A DNA stretch of 64,000 bases from a virus. The notes below the pieces were generated by a model, which was not told the DNA's origin, made no database searches, and was given only the letters and a program-made list of their open reading frames with translations. The stretch is from the IMG/VR virus record IMGVR_UViG_3300035696_000017, positions 32,001-96,000 of that record; one strand, 5' to 3'. The translations under genes and the position numbers were made by a program. Position 1 is the stretch's first letter; each line of letters starts with the position of its first letter. This document shows positions 57,890-64,000 of this stretch, one piece after another.

Positions 57890-57930
57890 GGTCACCATCC
57901 TACCAGGCTTCCCAGCCGACTTGCACTGTC

Positions 57931-58392
57931 TCAGTAGCGATCGCGGTCCGGGTTGTTCAGTTCCTCGAGCGCCTTCAGGAACTCGGGGCTGGGAGGGCCA
58001 TCTCCACCCCGTGAACCGTCGTCCATGTTCGGGATGCGGACCGGGTTCGAGGCAGTCATCCAGTGCTTCTTGTCAGGTCGGTACTCCCAGGGTGCTGTCT
58101 CGCGACGACGATCGATGCCGGGGTCGCCTCCCCGAGCGGGAACCAAGCGTTCGAGCTCCTTGCGCTTGACCTCGGTCTTCAGGCGATCGATCTCGGCCTG
58201 GAGCTGCTGGCGCTCGCCGTCAAACGCATCCTTCGGCACCTTCTGGCCGAACAACGTCATCACTGCATCGCGGCACTTGTTGAAGAAGTCGAAGACCTGT
58301 CTGGAGTCGATGTCATCACCGAAGCGAACGCCACGAGCGTCCTCGGGAGGGACATCGGTCTCACGGACGCTGAAGTCAATGCGGAGCTTCAC
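57931..58392 (-). CDS. hypothetical protein sharing its N-terminal domain with the L7/L12 fusion
   Basis: LRIDFSVRE..VRFGDD..VFDFFNKC..MTLF. Confidence 0.65.
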   Translation of the reverse strand: MKLRIDFSVRETDVPPEDARGVRFGDDIDSRQVFDFFNKCRDAVMTLFGQKVPKDAFDGERQQLQAEIDRLKTEVKRKELERLVPARGGDPGIDRRRETAPWEYRPDKKHWMTASNPVRIPNMDDGSRGGDGPPSPEFLKALEELNNPDRDRY

Positions 58393-59045
58393 TTTTTCCT
58401 CGCGCTGTTGAACGCCCTGGCGTGGTACTGGATGCGGTAGGCACCGCAGACGACGACGAGCTGTTGGAACCAGTAGTGGAAGATGGGAGGGCGCCCGTGC
58501 TTCCACCAGTCCCCCGCGGCGTAACCGAAGACGATGCCGGTGACGACGATGAGGACCAATGTCCACACCAGGTGGTAGCGGGCGAGCTTCGTCATTCCCA
58601 GGGCCTCTTCACCTTGAGCTTCGTCGCGGGCCTGATGACCTCGGTGATGATGATCTTGCCCCTGCTTCTCGGGTGGGGCCACACCAGGTATGACAGGCGG
58701 GCGACCAACAACGACAGGACGAGGATCAACGCGATGACGGGAAGCGTCAACCCGTCGCCCCTCCTGACCCAGACGCAGTAGGCCGCCAGCGCTGCCCCGA
58801 TCGTGTTGAGGGCATGGTGGAGCCAGTTGGGGATCTTTCTCATGGCAACCTGTCCAGCCGGCGACGGCGGCGCCAGGCGTTGAAGCGGAGCCGCAGGTCG
58901 TTGTAGAGGACGTAGAGGTTCCAGCCGACGAACAGCACGCACAGGAGGGTGCTGACGCTGAAGCGCCCGCGGGTCTCCCACAGAGAGTTCAACATCCACG
59001 TGGTGAAGCCGACGATCAGGACATAGTGCAACCAACGGGGCATCT

Positions 59046-59516
59046 TCATGCGGGCCTCCGGTACGTGGCGATGGGAGCGAGGGCGATGCCGCCCTGTCCC
59101 CGGCGGTCTCCCGGGGTGGAGATGGTGCGGACCTCGACCTTGGCCCCAGCATCGGACATCATCCGGAGCGCGTGCTGCAACGAGTAGCTGTCCTCGGTGA
59201 CCAGGACCGGAGTGCCCGACGGGGCCTCGACGATGTCCTTGGCTTCCTTCAACCCGTGGCCCGTCAGCTCACGGACCACCTTGATGAGGGCGATCTTGTT
59301 GGGCCCATGGTCGACCAGACACAGGACGGTGCTGCCCTGGCGGAACATCAGGCCCATGGCGTTGCCGCAGCGGTCGAAGAAGTCCCGAACGTGTGGGATG
59401 GGCACGTCGTCCCCGAACCTGATGTAGCGTAGGTCGTCGGTGGGAGTGCCGTCATCGGCCACCTCTTGGACGATGAAGTCGATCCTGAGGTGGGTCTTGC
59501 GAGCTTCTTCTGTCAC
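59046..59516 (-). CDS. ribosomal protein L7/L12 C-terminal domain fused to a novel N-terminal domain
   Basis: [41 protein letters not shown]. Confidence 0.85.
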   Translation of the reverse strand: MTEEARKTHLRIDFIVQEVADDGTPTDDLRYIRFGDDVPIPHVRDFFDRCGNAMGLMFRQGSTVLCLVDHGPNKIALIKVVRELTGHGLKEAKDIVEAPSGTPVLVTEDSYSLQHALRMMSDAGAKVEVRTISTPGDRRGQGGIALAPIATYRRPA

Positions 59517-60337
59517 GCCAGTATCTCCTCGCCGCGGACGTGCTCCAACAACTCTATCCCCTTGTGGCTGATGCGAACAAGGTCGGTACCGGCGTGGCCC
59601 TCGCAGCAGAACTCAACGAGGCCCAGGCGCTTCAGGGCCCGCACCGTGGCGAGCTTGACGTGCCGGTTGTAGCGCATGTAGGTCCAGCCCTTGTTCCATC
59701 CCCTCTTGGTCGCGCGGGCGATCGCTTTCTGCCGGATCGCTGTCTCGGCCAGGTGCTCGAGGACGGCGTACCCGTGCTTGGTGCACAGGTTCAGGCACTG
59801 CTCGAGGGTGAACTCGGTGGTGGGGTGGGCGACTGGGACGCCGACGATGCCCGGGATCATGCTTCCTTCTCCTCGCCGGCAGTGAAGCCGACGCCCTTCT
59901 CTTTCCACGACGGGTGACGAAGTTCGATGAGAGCTTCGAGCATGACGCCGCCCAGAGCACGCATCGAGAGCTCGCTGAACCGTTTCGGCTCGGCGGTGTA
60001 CGGGTAGACGCTGACGACGCGGTCACCGGGTTGGAGCTTGCTCTTGAGCGCCCTCTCCAGGTTGCTAGGGTTCCCGACGTGGACGATGAGGTAACGAGGT
60101 GAGTCTTCCATCACGGCTGCCTCGGAGCGGGCTCGGCACACAGGCACTGGTGATCGAGGAGGCGGCTGACCTGGCCGTTGGGGCAGGTGATCTTGCTGCA
60201 GTCCTTCTCGTTGGAGTCGGCGACAGTGTAGGCGATCACCGCAACGATGACGATGAAGATGACACCGAACCAACCACCGGGGCCGAAGATGATGGCGTCG
60301 TCCGTCACGTTGTTTGCATCATCCCAATCGAACATGG

Positions 60338-60949
60338 TCAAACCTCCGGGGGCCGGCAACGCCACGGCAACCGCGCCGGGCACTCAGACGGGACGTCGAG
60401 CTCAGCCAGCGCTGACATGCCCTCGCTGCGGGCACAGACCAGCTGGAAGCCGGCGCTCTTGAAGAAGGTGTCGGACCGCCCGTTCCAGGGGGAAGCGGTG
60501 ATGCGACCGATGCCGAGCCGGTGGGAGAGGCGGGTGGCTTCGTTGACGAGCAACGCACCCAGGCCACGCTTGCGCCAGGCGGGCGAGGTGTAGACGGCGA
60601 TGCGGAAGGTGGGAGCGTACCGGGAGGGCTCTGGTCGGAGCAAGCACCAAGCGACCGGGCCCCGGTGCTGCGAGCCCTGAGGCCAGACGGTGATGACCCA
60701 CCAGTCGGTGGCGTTGGCGACCCCGATGTTGTAGTCGTCGATGAGCTCCCGCATCAAGCTGCCAGCGTTGGCGCCCACGTCGGTGAGGTCCCCACGCTCG
60801 CCCGAGTTGGTCAGGCGGTTGCGGAGGTCGAGGATGAGCTGCTTGGGAAGCGCATGCCACGGCTCGGCCTCCAGCCGGAGGGAGACCGGCAGGGGCGGGG
60901 GCACGCTTCGAGGACGCTCAGGTGAGGCAGGAAAACTCGCCAGGGCCAT
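60338..60949 (-). CDS. GNAT-family acetyltransferase
   Basis: VYTSPAWRKRGLGALLV..FFKSAGF. Confidence 0.8.
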   Translation of the reverse strand: MALASFPASPERPRSVPPPLPVSLRLEAEPWHALPKQLILDLRNRLTNSGERGDLTDVGANAGSLMRELIDDYNIGVANATDWWVITVWPQGSQHRGPVAWCLLRPEPSRYAPTFRIAVYTSPAWRKRGLGALLVNEATRLSHRLGIGRITASPWNGRSDTFFKSAGFQLVCARSEGMSALAELDVPSECPARLPWRCRPPEV

Positions 60950-61250
60950 GATAGCAGTGTACCACGGCCTGGCTCACGCTTTCACTGCTTCTTCTTGCCC
61001 TTCTCGGGCTTGTCCTGTGGCTTGGCCATCTCACGGATCTCGACGGTGAATCGCTGGTACGAGCTGCCGTCCTTCAAGAAGGCCTTGACCCGTGCAACGT
61101 CCTCGTCGGTCTTGGTGGCGACCATCAGGCCGAAAGCGCCGCCGCCCATCCGGGCAGCGACGGGGAGACCGAGAGCCTTCTCCAACGACTGTCGGGCTTC
61201 GCTGAGCTTGCCGATGGTCGCTGTCGACGTCCCGCCAGAACGGGTGGCCA

Positions 61251-61547
61251 TCAGAGGCCCCCCTTGGGAGACGATCTCTTGAGGATGAACATGTCCTCGT
61301 TGACTGCCATCGGGTTGCCGCCCTTGTCGAGGCGTTCCGTCAGGTAGTCGCTGAGGCCCGTTGCGGCGCCGTTCCAGGCAACGAGCTTGTCGGCCAGCTG
61401 CGCGTCGAGCGGGCGGATGCGGTCAGCGATCTCGCTGGCGGTCATCGACTCGACGCCGTCGACCGAGAACGAGATGGTGCGGGGCAGGTAGCGGTGGAGG
61501 CACTCGGCGATGAAGCGGAGCTGCTCCTTCGAGAGGGGGTTGCTCAC
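61251..61547 (-). CDS. hypothetical helical protein
   Basis: IRPLDAQLADKL..DYLTERLD. Confidence 0.6.
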   Translation of the reverse strand: MSNPLSKEQLRFIAECLHRYLPRTISFSVDGVESMTASEIADRIRPLDAQLADKLVAWNGAATGLSDYLTERLDKGGNPMAVNEDMFILKRSSPKGGL

Positions 61548-62369
61548 GGTTCAGCCCCCGGTCTTCGTCGACGCCAGGAACTCGCCCTTGGTGGCGCAGT
61601 ACTCGCCGAACTCACGCATGCTGGTCATGATGGCCTCGAACTTGGTGGCCATCACGGTGTCGAACTTGCGGATCTCGGCGACCATCAGCGGGCCCTCCTT
61701 GACCAGCAGCTGGAAGTCGCCATGGGGGTCAGCCATGTCCTGGATGACTTCCGTCACCATCTCCTGGAAGTCTTCCTTGGTCAGCTCGGGACGCTCGAAC
61801 TCGCGGGTGTTGCTCATGTGGGTTACCTCTCCACCGAGCATCATATCCCACGGGTGCACGTTGGTCAACGGTTCCATCAGCGGCCCGACAGGTTCTTGTC
61901 CTTGCCCTCGGGCTTGCCACCGCCACCCTTCTTGACGCGGGTGCGGGTGCGGCCGATGCACTGCGGGTTCTTGGCGAAGTTGGCGCGCTTGTTGTGCATC
62001 CAGTCCTGGACCTGGATGACGGTGACGTCGTCCTTCTGGCTGCGGAGCCAGGCCTTCAGCGAGAGCTTCGAGGCCGACTTGTGCCACTTGGTGATGAGGG
62101 ACCGGCGGGCCGAGGCATGGGGCGTCGGGGGCACGCGCTTGCTGGGCTGCTTGGTCGAGGCGTAGTGGGACTTGGACTCGGGCACGGTCACTTCTCCTTC
62201 TTGGTCGTCTTGACGAACACGGGCTCGGGCCCGTTGAGCTTGGGGTCATCCTTGCACGTGCTGCACAGGTGACGCGGATCGAGTTGGACTGCGACTGCCA
62301 TGCAGCAGTGGTTGCTGCACAGCGGGGCACAAGCGGGTCGGCCGGTCGTCATGAGACCAGTCTACCCCG

Positions 62370-62627
62370 TCAGCCCGGTTGCTTGCACTCCAGGCGGGCG
62401 TTGAGGTAGTCGAGGATGCGCTGGCTGTTCTTGCCGCGTTCCTCGATGCCCTGCTTCAGGAGGACGGCGAGGCCCGGGTCGTGGGCAGCGAGGCGGTCCA
62501 GGGCCCGGTTGGAGTTGTCTCGCACGAGCTGCGCGGACTTGACGTTGTTCTTGGCGGTGAGGATGATGTTCCCCAGCATCGCCCGGAAGGCTTCGTTGGT
62601 CATCTTATCGACGTCGGACATGGTCAC
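62370..62627 (-). CDS. hypothetical helical protein
   Basis: LAAHDPGLA..DYLNARLE. Confidence 0.6.
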   Translation of the reverse strand: MTMSDVDKMTNEAFRAMLGNIILTAKNNVKSAQLVRDNSNRALDRLAAHDPGLAVLLKQGIEERGKNSQRILDYLNARLECKQPG

Positions 62628-63409
62628 CTCAAATTACAGCACCAGATGCTGAAGGACAACCCCCAAGCAAACGACGCAGAGAAAAAGCGGGGGCCACCAG
62701 AGGCGAAGGCGGGCCATCACGGCACCTCCATCTGGTGGAACTGCTGCATGTCGAGGCCCTCCTCGATGCGAGCCATGTAACCGGCCCACAGGACGACCAG
62801 GGCGGCAGCGCTGGCAAGGACCAGGAGGACAACGAGCCCATCATGGACGATGCGTTTCAGCATGGAGTGGGTTGTCTCTCAGCAAAATGGGAGGACGGCA
62901 TCAGCGTTTCTTCTCGAGGCGGATGCGGCACTCCTGCCGCAGGTCGGGGTTCTTGATGAACTCACACTCGGACTTCAGGTTGCCGTCGAGGGCTCGGCAC
63001 ATGTGGCGCGCGTCTGCATCGTGCAGGACGCTGCAGTCGGCGCCGTGCGCGATCCTCGCGAGGCCAAAGGCGCCGCAACAGAAGAGGAGGATGACCACCG
63101 ACGCTCGCTCCATGTTCCCCACCCTACACCTGAGCGCGGCGGGCTTTCACCCGTTTGGGCGGCCGGCCGAAGGCAGCCCTTGCCCCGAGCTCGAGGGGAT
63201 CCTGCTGCCAGGGCAGCCACATCATGTAGACGAGGCCGTCCCAGAGCCCGATGCAGGTGCCGACCCGCGGGCGGATGCCGTTGCCCTCCGGGCGCATGGC
63301 GACGAAGGCACCGGGGACCAACGACCGGGAACCATCGGGGGCGACGATGTCGCACCGGCGCGGGGACTCGAAGTAGCCGTCGATGATCCGGTGGGTCTTG
63401 AACTCGATG

Positions 63410-63880
63410 TCAGCCATCGTTGTGGAAGACGAGGTGGCGGTGGGTGGGGGCCTGAAAGAAGGGCTTGTTCATCAGCATGTAGACGACCCAGCGCCAGCGC
63501 TTGGGCCGGGTCAACAGGTTGCGGACGTGCTTGAAGAAGGGGGTCCTGACCCAGCGCCAGTCGACAGCGAGGCCGTGCTCGACCAGGTACGCCTCGAAAG
63601 CCCGGCGGTCCTCATCCAAATAGAGGGCCTGCGAGACGACCAGCGTCGCGCTGTCGCACTGCTGCGCGTGCTCGACGACAGCGCGGCTGAGGACCTGCAC
63701 GAACTCCCGGATGACCCCGCGTGGGATGGGCTTGAAGCGGCCCGACCTGTCCAGCAGCTCGTGGGTGACGACGCTGTCGCCCTCGAAGAAGCAGAAGCCG
63801 CGGTCCCCAGCGTACCTCTCGGCGCACCAGGACTTGCCGGAACCCATCTCACCGAAGAAGACAACGACGCGTTGGGCCAT
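63410..63880 (-). CDS. P-loop kinase (gluconate/shikimate kinase-like)
   Basis: FFGEMGSGKS, FFEGD, VVSQALY. Confidence 0.75.
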   Translation of the reverse strand: MAQRVVVFFGEMGSGKSWCAERYAGDRGFCFFEGDSVVTHELLDRSGRFKPIPRGVIREFVQVLSRAVVEHAQQCDSATLVVSQALYLDEDRRAFEAYLVEHGLAVDWRWVRTPFFKHVRNLLTRPKRWRWVVYMLMNKPFFQAPTHRHLVFHNDG

Positions 63881-64000
63881 GGTGGGCTGCTCCCCTCAGA
63901 CGGGTGTGAGGCAGTGCCTCACACCGGATCGTTCTCCTGCCTCGAGACCCAGAGGCGGACCTCCTGCTCGACCTTGGCTTCCTCGCGCTCGGCTTCGAGG

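Overview
High-GC, gene-dense window with almost every gene on the minus strand. It is most consistent with part of a jumbo bacteriophage genome, probably infecting a Myxococcota-like host. That host call is inferred from DAG/DSG-repeat lipoproteins, an OmpA protein and an FGE-domain lipoprotein; no capsid or terminase hallmark gene lies in the window. The window is dominated by translation and RNA machinery: about 45 tRNA genes in arrays (3.2-4.2, 7.4-11.9 and 33.0-37.1 kb), a bacterial A-type RNase P RNA, an RNA ligase, an HD-domain tRNA-processing-like protein and an L7/L12 C-terminal-domain fusion. It also encodes a domain-1-less release factor with an RF1-type PxT motif that needs an RF2-type +1 frameshift (GGAGG-GGT-CTT-TGA). 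Roughly a dozen non-standard structured RNAs sit inside the arrays: a 77-nt tmRNA-like RNA with G3-U70 and a vestigial 5-codon frame, a D-armless tRNA-Arg, a permuted (YrlA-like) tRNA mimic, a family of tRNA-like RNAs ending in GTGAA, and a 313-nt RNA resembling the raiA motif. Two promoter classes, both apparently giving leaderless mRNAs, recur through the window. A sigma-70 that lacks region 4.2 lies just upstream of a free-standing HTH gene. Other genes include DNA ligase, dNMP kinase, a MoxR AAA/VWA pair, NADAR, AlkB, HNH nucleases and a glycosylation cluster. All calls are by eye from motifs; no database searches were run.
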